Shown here one piece after another: positions 12,709 through 26,730 of a stretch of DNA of 64,000 nucleotides; the first letter of the stretch is position 1, and each line of letters begins with the position of its first letter. Under the pieces are notes generated by a model that made no database searches, was not told where the DNA came from, and saw nothing but the letters and a program-made list of their open reading frames with translations. This DNA comes from Trichosphaerium sp. ATCC 40318 (lineage: Eukaryota; Protista; Tubulinea): NCBI GenBank assembly GCA_038496445.1, contig JALMLS010000062.1:620001-684000 (forward strand), written 5' to 3'. Both the position numbers and the translations under genes were made by a program.

Positions 12709-15700
12709 ATGTCCGCAGTATTGTTCCGTTTGGAGACTCAGGTAGAGCTCAACAAGCTCTATACACTAGAAACTGGAAGCGGTAATCACATTTTTTTAAA
12801 CTTTTTAGTTTACCGTTTTTGTAGATGCAAGGGCAGTAACGCAATACGCACTATTTGTGAGGTTGTTCAGAAGTGAGAATGCAAATGTACGAGAAGCCAC
12901 ACGTCAAATATTAGAACCGCGCGTTCATAAGCCTGCAGGTACGTCCTGCCCTTAAAAATGCAGATGGCGCTCTTTACAACTTTTTTGTAGGCTTGAATCT
13001 AGCAACACGTTTGCTGGACCACGACAATGACAGAGTGGCACTAGAAGCAGCGCACTGTTTCGGTACAGCTGCATCAAAAGGTACAGAGCAAACAACCAAT
13101 ACTTCCTATTTTGTATAAACTCGTACCTGTATTTACTTTGTTGTAGACGGCGTATTAACGCCTTCCGCCGTCAAAGAACTGTTACCTTTATGTGTTCGTC
13201 TACTAAACCGAACTTGGTCTTGTATTGTGCTTCAGCTAATCGCTTTGCTTGTTGCTAATCACAGTACGTATTTTTTAACTCCCTTGCAATCAACCACGAA
13301 CTGAAATTCTACTTTTTTTTTTTTGAAAGTTTTTTTAATTCATTTCTTGTAGAGCATTACGCCGAGATGTTTCTTGCTGCTGATGGTATGGGTGCATTAG
13401 TTCATGTATTGCAATACGTTGGTAATATTGATGCACTTCTAAGTGCTTGCGGGATATTATATTCTCTTGGTTTAATTCTTACTGGTTAGCTTTAAATTGG
13501 CTGTTATAATTGTTGCTTACTATTAAATTAGATAACTTCAGTGCGATTGCAAAGGACCCACAGTTATATAAGGGCCTCAATCAAATTCTTGAGAATCACA
13601 AACAACAATATTATCATTTCTCTTTGATTCACCTTCTGGTAGACTCAATAAACCAGCTCGCATGCTGTGGTACGCTTTTTTAGTATTTTTTTTTGGTGTT
13701 ATTTGATTGCTAACTTGTTGAATGTCAAGGTGATCAAGCGGTGATCAATATTGCTGAGAGTGGTCTTGTAGGTCAGTTGATTAGAGTCATAAAAAATATG
13801 TATCATCCAGATATATCTCAACCGTTATTACAAATATTCTCTACTCTTCTACGCAATGGTAACAAAAACTTTACATATTGAAAAAAAAAGTCTAACTTGT
13901 CTCCAATCCGGATAGATTACGCTGCAGGTGTTTTTGTGACTAATGGTGGGTTTGGTGCTATTTTAAAGTACCTAGATCAAGCAACACTAGATGTTTTACG
14001 TTGCTTGGCAACACTTGCAAGCAAAGGTACCAAGCAGGCTTTTTTTTGCTTTTTTTTGGTTGTTATTGACACGCTTGGCGCAGAAAAAACTTGTACCATC
14101 ATAAGAGAGGAGTTCTATAAAGGAAATCCAATGAAGAAAATTGTAGCTATATTAAAAAGTCTAAAACCGACCACACCGGATAACTATCGTATTGTTGGGA
14201 TGTTTGCTAACATTTTAAGCAATGGTACATTTCTATCCAATATTTATATTGACGTTGATTGCTTGTAGAGTTCGTGCAAGATGCTTTCGTTAGTGAGAAA
14301 GGCATAGAAATATTGATGAGCAAAGTGAAGGTCAGCAAGAACCAACAAATGCTAATTTTCCTTGGCTATTGTCTGAGACATTTGGTGACATTTAAACCAA
14401 GTACAATATTTTTTTGATCAACTTTTGGTTTATCCCTTACCACTATTAGCGATGTTTTATGCGCGAATCAAAGCTAAGGGTGTTGTGCTTATAGCAAATA
14501 AGTATATACAACAAGAAACACCAGCCACAAAGGTTGTAGGAGCAAGAATACTGTCTTTACTATCAGTATCGCATCAAAAGGCGTTCCTCTCTGGTATACA
14601 CTTTTTTTTTTCTGAGCCTCTTAGATTGTCATTAACATTATGGTTTTATTTTAGAACCTAAAATATTTAAACTATTGGTGGATGCTTTAAAAGATGATAC
14701 GGCCACTGTTGAACTTACTGAATGGGTAGCTTTGACAATTGGTAATCTGTCTCAAGAGAGTACGTCCAAGAGTGTTACCAGTGTAGCGATAGTTAACAAG
14801 TGCAATAGAGGACTGTGGAGAGCGTTTATTTAAGCTCAATATTGCGGAGGTTGCTCTAGCAGCAGTAGAGAGATCATCACGACCTGATGAATCTAAAATA
14901 CACGTTGCAAATATGTTAAAGCGGCTTGCACGAGTCAGTACGTTCAGGTTTTTTCTGCTCTGCTTAGGGCTATTATCTTGTTTTTTTGACTAACACTTTG
15001 CACAAGGTAAGATACGTTCATTGTTACACAGTAGTGGTAAGATTGAAACATTAATGGATATACGGAATGCAACAAGAAACTCGGAGCTTAAAAAGGCACT
15101 TGGGTCTGCTCATACAATGATGTCATTCCCTTGCACCTCTCTGTGTAGGAGCATACGTGTTGATGACAAGAGACATAATCCTTATGCCGACTATAAGGAA
15201 GTAGTCGAGGCAATCATCAACGACGGTAAAAAAACCACGTTCTTATTTTTCTTATCATTAAGTGCTTACTATTGAATTCAGAGCAGCAGCTTGGTACTTC
15301 TGAAGAATATGAAAAGATTGTAGAATACATTGAGGTAGATTGTTTTTATATTTTGCAGATGTTAATTTTTTTTAGATTGATCAGGACGCTGAGAAAGACC
15401 GAATTGCAGAAACCCTAGATACAGCGTTTGTATCACATAATTATTCAGCTATTATGAAAGTGTCGAAATCTACAAGTGCTGTACCTACTAAAACCAAGCC
15501 ACGTTTTACAAGGTACCATTTTTATTCAAGCTTTTTTTTGTTGTGTTTTTTTTTTCTGACAGCGTGTTAGGACACGCACTGTGGGTTCTCCCAATAGTAA
15601 AAAAGCGCCAAAGAAGCGAGGAAGAAGTCGTACTATTGTAGATGATATTGATTTTTCAGACTTGGACTCTCTTGCTAATGCATTGGATGAGTTGAGTCCA

Positions 15701-18259
15701 AAGAAGAGGTTTGTAATATTCATGAGGTTTTTGATTTCTAATATTGTACAGTAGACGTAATAGACGCCAAGTGGTTAGCATGAAGATGGATAGGAAGACT
15801 CAAAATAAATTAGAGGCACAATTAAAAGAAGCCCAAAAAAAAAAGCTTTCTTCTAGTTCGTCAGCTGATGGTTTGAATGGTAACCCTTTAATTTGCTTTT
15901 TTTTGTTAATGTTTTCGCGACTTACTTATTTTGGCTCTAGGTTTAATGAGATCTTCTACTAAGTCAACATCAAAGCTTTCTTCTACGTCAAAGAGTGCTC
16001 GGGTCAGCAGGTTGCGATCCAATACATATTTTCCTGATTTGGACAACAGCAAAAATCGCGCTGATTACATTGAATCTAAAGAGAAAAGAACAGTCTCTTC
16101 TAGAGCTTTATCGTCATCATCACAGTTGAGGAAGAAGAGGGTTAAGGGTAAAAAACCTGCACTGAAACGGAGAAAAAGGCACTCTATGCAACTATGTAAA
16201 GAGGCCATACCCCTGGTAACCCTTTTATCTTTGCAGAACAAAAACTAATTTACGTTGTTTTTAGAGCTTGGATTTACAAGCTCGGAATATTGCTGTACCT
16301 GAGCCTAGATCTCTCTCTGCTAGGCAACCAAAGGGATCTAGAAAGGCACCTGCGTTTAATCGTGTTGAGTCACGTGAAAAGTTCTTGGCGTTGCGCAAGT
16401 CAGGACTTCGAGGTCAGCCTACTGGAAATGCTTCACGTGTGAAACGGTTTGCGCTCACATCTTTGCAACAAAACCCTAAAAAGCGTACACTCTTTCGTAC
16501 TAGCGATGGAAAGTCTACGAACTCGTTTAAAAGAACGAGAGAGGAGTTGAATGGATTAAAAAAGAAGTACAAACTTTACAGTTCCTTTCGCTAAAGACTT
16601 ACTTTTTATTCTAGTATTGTAGTGCGAAGAACTGTTAATGTACCAAGGACAAAGTCTTCAAAGAGATACGCTGCAGCTACGATGCGGTGGAGAACACTAC
16701 CTGATAATATTGACCCTGACATGCTTGAGGAGGGTATGGAATTTCTCTTTTTTTATTTTTTTTCTGACTGTTATAGCGACACTCTACTACAAGAGGACGA
16801 TGATCGTTGCTGAGATTTTAGAAACTGAGAGAAATTATGTACATCAGTTGAACACATTAATTACTGTGCGTATACCTTGTTTTTATTGTCAAAAACCCCA
16901 AACTAACATTATCTTGTGTAGCGGTTTGAGCAGCCTTTAATGGCCATTGCAAAGACAGAAGACGCTTGGATAAGTCAGACCCAGATTACCACAATTTTTT
17001 CTGACTTGAATACTATCCACACGGTGAATTCCATCATGTTGCAATGCCTAAAAAAGAAATATGACACATGGTATGAGTCCAACATAAACTTTATTTTGCA
17101 CTAAAGCAAGATTTTTTAATAAGTTCATAGGTCATCAAAACAAACGCTTGGGGACTTGTTCTTACAACTTGCTGAATTTTTTAAAAAGTATCAAACGTAC
17201 ATTAACAACTTTGATATTGCTACCAGCACTTTGGTGAGGATGATGAATACCAACAAAAAGTTTCACGCATTCATAAAGGTACACTTAATTTTTGTTCAAC
17301 AAAAAAAAATACAAGATATATTACCCGCTAAGCACTCATCTAGAATGCGTTGGATGACCCTGAATGTGAAAAATCAGATCTTCAAGGGATGCTTATTACA
17401 CCTATACAGCGGTACGTGGTTATTTTTAGTTTGTTGGTTTGTGCTCACCTGTTAACGATTAGGATACCACGCTATGCTTTACTGCTAAATGTACGCCTAA
17501 TATTTCTAATCATTTCTGTACTAACACCAAAAATAGGAGTTGGTACAACTGACAGATAGCCAGCACCCTGATTTCTTATCACTAAACGATGCTCATCGGC
17601 GGATACAAGGCGTAATGAACTACCTTAATATCCAAAAGAAAATAGCCGAAGAAACGTCCAAATTAGAAGAAGCTTTAAAGGATTTAGGTCCAGATGATAC
17701 AAAGGTACGTATCAAAAAACCAACTAAATACAGCACCTTTAAAATAGTTCCGCAGTTTTTATTTTTGTTCGTTCATTTAAAGTCATTTTGACTTCCTGTT
17801 TTATCGCTTTTTTTTAATTTACTAATTGGTCCTTTCTTTTAGTTAGTGCTTTCATCTACATCACGAAATATCATCCTTGTTGAGCGTTGCGCTTTTCATG
17901 CGCCTAAAACTCGACAAGGAAAGATATACGTATTTAATAATGCGGTGATGATTACAAAGCTTAAGCATGATAAAAAACAAGATAAACACGCAGCAGATGG
18001 TACTAGTAGTACTAAGAAGAAGAAAGAAAAAATAGTAGAGCTACTGGAGTATGGAAAGTTCGAGAATGTGACCGTGGACGAAGAAGGGTTCCTTGTGATT
18101 ACTACAACACCACAAAGTGCTAGAAAAAAGAGTACTTTTAAATGCTACTTTGCAACAAAAGAAAAGCGTGCTATAGTACGCCATTGGATCATAAAGTTGT
18201 GGAAAGGTATGAATCATGAACAAAGTGGGTTTGTGGACTCTAGAAGGTTCACACAATAG
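12709..18259 (+). CDS. RhoGEF (DH-PH) with N-terminal armadillo repeats and a basic/Ser-rich linker, multi-exon
   Basis: ARM-like exons at 12.7-15.2 kb. DH motifs KRTMIVAEILETERNYVHQL and LQGMLITPIQR/IPRYALLL. PH-like last exon 17846-18259. Joining ARM and DH-PH into one gene is inferred from continuous spliceable exons. Confidence 0.8.
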
Positions 18260-18660
18260 GAAGGGTTAACGAGGAAGTCCGGTGCTGTACCAACGGTCTT
18301 TTTTATTTTTTCTATTGTTAGATGTAACATAGATGGATTGTATGTATCACTGGGTCGTTTTTTTTGCGTGTTGATGTCCGTAGACGGTCAAGACGGTCTT
18401 GTTTTTTCTTTTATTTTTTTGTTTTTTATTTTTATTTATTACGAAGTTACTAACTTACGTTTGATAAAAGAAAGTCTTTTTGTATTTTCATAAGTTCAGG
18501 GAACCTTTTGTAGTTATTTTGAAGTTTTTTGTTTCGATCACGACATACATTTTGACCTTTTTTGGAATTTTCAATGACACAAAATTAAGTCAAAATTTGT
18601 TTTTTCTTTTTCAGCGATAAAACTCAAACAACATTTAAAACAATATAACAGGTCTATACG

Positions 18661-21600
18661 ATGCGTTTGCCTTTGTGCATATGTATAGTAACAGTGTATT
18701 GCTGTTTTGTTTCAAATGTGTACCCAAAGGCTGTCAATGCTTGTAGGGTAAACGTAGAAGATGAATTAATAAAGAGTAAGTACTAAAGCTTGTTTTCTTG
18801 CTCTACACAAAGTTAAAATAGTTTAAACGCCGTATAGGTGATGCGAACCCAACAACGCACACGCCTTGGCTTTTCTACAATCCACGCGGTGTACTACACG
18901 TACTCTACATCAATAGAGACGATGACTATGCTGATACGTGCTTCACGTTAAAGAGATACACTGGAGAGTGTAACCTCGAAACAACACCAGCTGAATTCGT
19001 GCAAGTATGGTACGTCCCACAAAACGTTGACACAAATTGCACGAGTCGACAAAAGACGGCAAAGATAGCAGTGCTAGAGTTGTACTGTTTGTCAAAAAAA
19101 CTCAAAAGACCCAAGAGGTTTATTGTTCTATTAGGTGCACTCGAGGCAGTCGGTTTACTGAGCGATTATCGCCTTATCATATACAGTATGCTACTTTTAT
19201 TGATAACAGTACAATACACGTGTTGTATGACACTGGAGAGGATTCCCTGCGGGATGAACAGTTTTATACCTTACGCTCAGGAACCCTTATTATTGGTGGA
19301 AACTACACTGATGACGTTGAAGTTGTCAAGTCGAATAAACAGTGGCAGTACGTAAACAACTTTTTATAATAAACTGAAAAAAAAACCCAACTTTGCGTCT
19401 TGATTGATAACATTTTTACTAGTGGTATTTTTGGTAACTATCAGCGGGAAGAACCTGTGACGTTCCTACAAAGACTAGGTATTGTAACTACAGATAACCC
19501 AAAAGATTTCTACGTAGTATATGCGTACCCGAACACAACAGATCCAAATGATGCTAGTTTTGATTTTCAAGATTTTAACACTATTTACGTTGCACAATAT
19601 CAAGACGCTCAAAGAGTAAGAGAGGCTATGATTGTAGATACAGATGGATCTGGTATATGTTCTACAAAGGTGTTAGTGACGAATGATACTATTACAGTAA
19701 TGTGGAAGACAAACAAGACTGATGAATCAATATTTAAAATCAGTCAATATGACCTTGATTTTAATTTATTAGTTGAAAAACGTGACTTTCTTGATTTCAA
19801 GGCTCCTTTCCCTACTCTGCACTATGAGGTTAAAATAACTCATATGATTCCTTTGAGTGATAACCAAACTGTTATTTTATGTACGTATTGAACACGTGTA
19901 TGACAATACTAAGTTTTTTTTTGCTCGAACAGCGATTGCTGCTTCCGATTATACAGAAGTTAATGCTGATTTTGCACTGTTACCCAATAATGCGTTTACA
20001 TTCCGTATAAATATATCTGATAGCCTTAACTGGAAGATTCAAGAAGGGGATCCTATAGGAACAGAGCTATACGTAAACAGAGCTGAAGTTGTTGGACAAG
20101 GTATGCAACAGAAAAGTGACTTAAAGTTGACACGTATTAGGAAATTACGTTTTGTTTCCGGGAGGTGATTATGCCCTACATTATGATTTTATTATACCTA
20201 CTGATGGTGCAACACGAGCTTCTATACCCTTTTTTGTTCGGTTTAATGAAACAGCTGTTGTTGAGAGTATAGATGTTGCCCCTGATGATCTTTTTGGACC
20301 AACTAATATCGAGAATAGAGGAGGTTCACAAATACTTTTGTTTTTTGCCTTTGTCTGACTGTATTCTTTGCAGATGGACTTCATGCCATTGTATTAAGTG
20401 ATGACGATCTAATATTAGCATTTTGCTATAAGGCAACATCAACAGGCATAGCACCAGTTCACTTTGATGTTTACATGGAATTCTTCAATTGTAAGTTTAC
20501 CAGTACAATCAGAGTTCGTGTATCTAACTTTTTGGTTAATAGTTAGAGAGGAAGTAGTACCAGACGATCCAAGCGATACCATAGAGAGTACTAGAACCAT
20601 ATATTCGTTATTCAATGCTAACTTGATGTTCGTTTAATTGTAGTACAATCTGAAACTATAATTCTGATTGTAGTTGCTGTCGTAGTGTTGTGTATAATTG
20701 CTATTGTAATCTTACTTGTTGTTCTATTTTGTAGATGCACAGCGAAGAACAGTACGTATTATTTCGGATCAGAACAGTTCTTCTAATCATTTTTGTTAAC
20801 AGTAACAATTCCTGACCATTACGGGTCTTCTTTGAATGATGAGGACTTGACATTGAAGACTGTTTTTGGTCCAAAAGTTGATAAGAAAAATATAGGAATG
20901 ACAGATGTGACATTAAACGAGCTTTCTTTGCCTTTCTCTGAGGTTGTTTTAAAGGAAGAGTTGGGTGCTGGGAATTATGGAATTGTATATAAAGGGTACA
21001 TATAGTGCTATTTAATTTATTGTTTACCTTATACATTAAAGTGAATGGAGAGCTACAGAAGTAGCAGTTAAGACTGGTATTTCAATTGCCGAAAATGCTC
21101 TCGACGACTTCTTGACAGAAGCGTATCTAATGAGTAAAATGAAACATCACAAGCACGTTACACAACTATATGGTATAGTACTTAATGCTAGTATGACTGC
21201 TATAGTGATGGAGTACGTCATACGAAAGAACACAATACAAAATGTATCTGTTAATTTGTGTAAAAATAGGTATTTGGCTGGAGGATCGTTAGATTCACAG
21301 CTATTTAACGATGAAATTGCGATGTCTATAACAAAGAGAATGCATATACTAGCTGGTGTATCTCGAGGAGTATTACATATCCACAAAGAGAGCATAGTAC
21401 ATCGGTAATACTACACTGTTTCAACAAGTTTTGCTAATTTTTTTTTTGTTTACAGTGATCTTGCAGCACGTGCGTTTTTTACAAAAGAGTATTGGATTGT
21501 GTTATATTGATCGTTGAGTATGTAGGAAACATTTTATTAACTGCAACAGGAATACCTAAAGTGTCTGATTTCGGACACTCGAGGAATTTAAAGAAAGGAA

Positions 21601-22144
21601 AACTAGGTAGAACAAAAGCAAAAGCTGGTCCAATCAGGTAATTTTTTTCCTCACAAACTTTTGAATCAACTTAGAAATGAGGACACTCTAAGATGGTTTT
21701 TGCTTCAGTTGTGGTTTGATTTAACGTGTATACAACTAGGTGGATGGCACCTGAAAGTATTGGTAGTGATAAGATCTACTCAGATGCTACTGACGCTTGG
21801 ATGTTTGGGTGTGTTTGCTTTGAGTGCATGGTACTATTTTGCAACCTTAAAAGTGATTCTTATTGTTGTTATAGGAAAGAGAGGAACCTCATGCTCTAGG
21901 AGATATATTAGTAACAGCAGTTTCAATACGGGATAAGGTATGGCTTGCAAAACAATTGCTTATTTTTCTGTCTCTGGAATTCACTTTTTTTGCTAAATTT
22001 TGGTGTTAGGGTTTATATCCGACGCTGCCAGATTATACACCAGACTGGCTAAGGGTATTAGCAGTATCATGCTGGAGTTTTGATCCAGCACAGAGGCCAA
22101 CATTTGAAGAAATCACTGAAACGTTCTCTCAAAATGGCTTCTAA
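18661..22144 (+). CDS. Single-pass receptor tyrosine kinase (signal peptide, unknown ectodomain, TM, TK domain)
   Basis: Hydrophobic N-terminus MRLPLCICIVTVYCCFVS; TM at ~20660-20730; ELGAGNYGIVYKG, VAVK, spliced HRDLAARNILL, SDFG, GPIRWMAPE, QRPTFEEI. Confidence 0.88.
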
Positions 22145-22327
22145 CTATTTTATTAAAACCGAAAGAAACACAAAAAAAAAACTCACTTGTACAAAAAAAA
22201 ATCACAACTGCCAACCTTATTTAACAAAAAAAATCACGTAATCTTATATCTGTGTTATTATTAAACACTGTTAAAATCAAGGAAAAAAGTATATATTGTA
22301 AGGGTTACAACTCACGCTTGTCAACAT

Positions 22328-24376
22328 CTAGCGAAGAAAAGTTAGTTTTTTTGGTTTTTTTTGAAAAACCGGACGTGACGCACTCTTTGTTACTTTTGGA
22401 GGATCCAGAGGCGGAAAAAACTCTGAAAGAACTTCCACAGCAGATAACAACTGTCTATCGAAATTACCATACGAGGTGAACTCCATACCAACAGGTAAAC
22501 CAGACTTTGAGAATCCTATTGTAAAAATTCAACAAAAAAAAGTTTTCCACGTGCTGTATGACGTCTACTGAAATCTATGTTTATAAATAGTTATCGTACC
22601 TATTGGAATTGTAATAGCAGGCAATCCCAAGTGCGAAGCTAAATTCATATTGTGACTGTGACTAAAAAAAGAGTGAGAAAACACAGAGCTTTTTTTGAGA
22701 GTGCACTTACGCTAGCAGGCTGTCAACAGTTTTACCGTTTGCAAGCTTAATTGTTTCTTGTCCTACAGGTGTAGGCTGTACAATAACGGTAGGATACACA
22801 AGTGCATGGCATATCAATTCCTCTAATTGCACATAAAACTGGTGTTCAAGTCGAGACTTTTCTTTTTCTGCTTGTTTCATCAGTTCTTTGGTTATTTTAA
22901 CTGGTCCTTTGTTGTTCAACGACCAGTCAAGGGCTGCCTTGACACCTGGTGTTTTAACTTGAGATACTAGATCTTCAAAAGTTACTGGTGGATTAGTTTC
23001 CTTCATGTATTCAGGCAACAAGGTCTTGGTGTCCCACAAAACAGTAAAAATATTGTTTGCCATCAGCTCAGAAAATTCATCAATTTCCATCTTATGTATA
23101 CCACCCTGCAAAAGAGTTACAAACTTAATAATCTTTGATTCGCCTTAGTATGACTGTTTAGTACCTCATTATCCTTAATGGCTTTCACTGCGGCGTTGAA
23201 TACATCCATGATTTCAGGATCAACATTATCCATAAAATGCTCTTCATGAGTGCCTGACTCAAAGAGGTAAGCAACTCCATACTTATCTAGATACAATGTC
23301 TATTGTAATAACGTACAAAATACCATGTCTTTAACTTGCATGTCCACAGTAGTATCATCTCCCTTTATAACCTCATCAACAAGTAACACTTCCTCCAGTG
23401 TCTTTGCCATTATTCCAATAGTATCTCTATTCGATATCCTTATCGTTCCTTCGTAATTATATCTGTTCTTAGTAGGTCTGTATCCCACGACTCCGCACAT
23501 CGAGGCTGGTATACGCATTGAGCCACCTAGAGATGTCAGTACAAACAATAAGGAAAACTATCATTAACTGTACCCGTATCAGTCCCCAATCCTATTCTTA
23601 CAACACCTGCTGCTATGGCTGCAGCTGTACCACCACTACTACCGCCTGAGATCAATTCGGTATCATAAGGATTATGTACAGGCCCAAAAGCTGCGTTACT
23701 GCTCGTAGTGCCGTAAGCAAGTTCCTACAATATCTGTAAAACATATCACGTGATTTAAAACGACATTTCAAACACGCACGTGAAGATTGGTTTTGCCAAT
23801 CAAAATACCGCCGGCATTTAGTAATTTGGTGACAACAGGTGCATCTGTTAGAGGTCTGTTGTTCAACAGAGCTTGAGTGCCTTTCAAAAAAATCAATATT
23901 AATGACGTGTCAGCCACAACATACATACCGCCTGTCGTAGGTAAGTCTTTTGTGTTTATATTGTCTTTAACGACAAATGGAATGCACTCAAGTGTTGATA
24001 GCTTGTAATCATCTTTTGAAGCCAATTTCTCATCAGTCTACGTAGATTACTGTCAGAAGTATGTAATGAAATAACATTTGGCTGTTTTGGTACCTTTTTT
24101 GCTTCAGAAATAACAACATCGCGTTCTGTTACCGATATAAAGGCATTCAGAAGGGATCCTACCGATTCTAGCACGTCATACGCGTTTGTCGCGTATTCTA
24201 CGCAAGATAGAGACCCCTCTTTTAAACGTGCATGTACTTGTTCTATTGTCAAGTCATTCAAGCTTGGTGTAGCAATCGACACGTTGGAGAGCACCAAAAT
24301 AAGCACTATGGCAATTAGCGTACTGAAAAGGGATATGAGAATATATACACGTGATATATACGAAAGGTAGCTCCAT
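22328..24376 (-). CDS. Amidase-signature family enzyme with predicted signal peptide, multi-exon
   Basis: [63 protein letters not shown]; the Ser-cisSer-Lys triad residues are present. Exact start uncertain. Confidence 0.9.
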
Positions 24377-24618
24377 TTGTTAGACGTAACAACTTTGGCT
24401 TACGAAAAGTCATGTTGCTTAAATGCTGCGATTGAGAGCGCCCAAGCGCGGATAGCCACGTGGATAAAACTAAATAGTCATTTCAGTCGTACGACGTCCA
24501 TAATTGCAAATCCCTTAAATACATCCTGTTTATTCCCAGTTTGCCTTAACGTTCACACACGAATATAATAGGTTGTGTTTTTTACCGCTTCTAAAAAACC
24601 AGACGGAAACACGTTGAG

Positions 24619-26543
24619 ATGTTAAAACAAGACACTCTCGTATTATTAGTTGGTATAGCTGTATGTATAGCCTTTTCGAGCACGATTGTAGGCGTAGGAC
24701 TAGCACGTGGATGGGAGGTATGCGGCAATACAACCGATTGGGAATTTGTTACAAGGCAGTGCCCAGAACGTTTTCGTTCTATGCCAAACCTATCTGATCC
24801 TATAGACATGGGGACAATAGGAAGAAACTCAGACGCAATGAAATCTCAGTGGTTCGTGATGAAGCAGTTTAAAACTAAAACTGTTTTTTTCTGACTTCGT
24901 TTTTTATTTTCGTCCCACGTGACTTTTCGCCATAGGTATTATTGGTAAGCACTTTCTTGATGTATTGGATATCTTTATTTGCTGACGGCTTGCGTTTGTT
25001 CTTTAGGAAAAGAGCAGACCCTTCTGTTGTTTCTAGGTCTATTGTATGGCTATGCTACGCCTTACATCAATTTTCTATGTGGGCTATTATATTTATGGCA
25101 CAGAGAAAAGAGCAAGTGTACAATCAAAAGCTAAGATGGTTTAATTGGTGCGTAGTACCAAATGCTTGTGGTTTAATAACGAATGGTGTATAGGTTAGCA
25201 ATTGTAGTAAATGGGTTATTCCACGTGATACATTTAATACAGACGCACACTACGTACGATGGTACAGCTCAAGACGTAAACGTGAGGTATATATTAGTTC
25301 ACAAAGTCGACGCTAAACAGTTTTTACCTAATGTTCTATAGCTCCTCACAAGGATCAGTTATAGTCATTTTAGTCATCGTACGAAGCGACAAAAAAACCA
25401 AATATTTTTTTTTGGGAAGCTACGTGAAACAAACTGACGACGTTTTTTTGTAGGTACTCATTATGGAATTTCGAGACAGAGGTTTCTTATTGGGATGGCC
25501 ACAAAATGGATGGAGAGGAAATAAATTTAGGTAAACCCAAAAACTTGAAGTTTAATGTTCCCATTGTTAAGTACAAAAAGAGTGCCTGAGATCGTTCTCT
25601 ACATGGTTCGCAAATATCATGGGTACGGCTTTGCTTGGGGAACAATCTATACTTTCTGGTATCATCCTATGGAACCTACTATTGGTAAGCCTTCCCAGCA
25701 GTAAACCGGTTTTTTGATTAAATTTTTTTGCATCAGGTCACGCTTTTGGATTTGCTCATACAGCTTTTTTGATGCTTCAAGGATCTCTGATGTTCACACG
25801 TGCTCATTTGAATAAGTATTGGAGACTTATTCTAGAATCGTGGGTTCTCATACATTCAACTATTATAGCATTCCAAATAGCACCTCACATCTTTGAACAT
25901 GATAACTCTTGGCAACGGTTTTTTTTTGGATTCGCGTTAATGTTTTGTCTTGTACAAGTACACGGACTTCCTTTCTTTAAGCGTGCGCATCGGAAGTTTA
26001 ATATGGAGAATCGGAGAAATATCATAGTCTCACGTGATTTTTAGGTTTGCCTTGGTGGACTCATATCTTTCCTGCTGCTGGATTTGTTGTTTTAGCTGTA
26101 GCTGTTTATGGTGCCCAAGGAAGGTGGGCTCAACTAGCTTTCGAACCAATACAGATTCCCTTGATCTTGTTCTTAGCGGTTGGAGTTGGTGTTCTTCAAA
26201 TATGGCTAATGAACAAATGCTGTGGTTGTTGCATTGATAAACGTGAGTCGGAAAAAAAAAACTAGTGTTAATTTTTTGTGACTCATTAAATTCTGCTTTA
26301 GGTACTTCTACTACCACCAAGGTATTCTTGATTGTTGCTCATATCATTTTATACATGCTATGTGTTCTGTTGTCTCTAGTATTGCAACAAAATCAAGTGA
26401 ACTTGCAATTATTTATTCTAATGTTCATTTTCTTGTTTACATTCCAGATTCTTATTGTATTCGGCATGTTTATTATGGAGGCTGTATTGCATCGTGTTCA
26501 ATCTCAAGCTGATATCAACGTTCCACTAAAGATGAGTAAATAA
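24619..26543 (+). CDS. Uncharacterised multipass membrane protein with several His-containing TM motifs
   Basis: Spliced: QWYYWKR, HQFSMW, HVIHLIQTHTTYDGTAQD, VRKYHGYGFAWGTIYTFWYHPME, GHAFGFAH, LQGSLMFTRAHLNKYW, WVLIH; many hydrophobic segments. Confidence 0.75.
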
Positions 26544-26730
26544 CTTGTAATCTAAACTACTGGCTTTAATGAGTTAGTCAACAAGAGTTTAATAAATAAC
26601 ATAGTATGACTTTTGATTACGTCTATTGAACAAGGAATAAACGAACTGTTTGATGCTCATAAAAACACGAAACTTGCACAAATATCCCAAGCTGGGGAAG
26701 TGGTATAAAACAAGACTGAGGCGAATTTGT

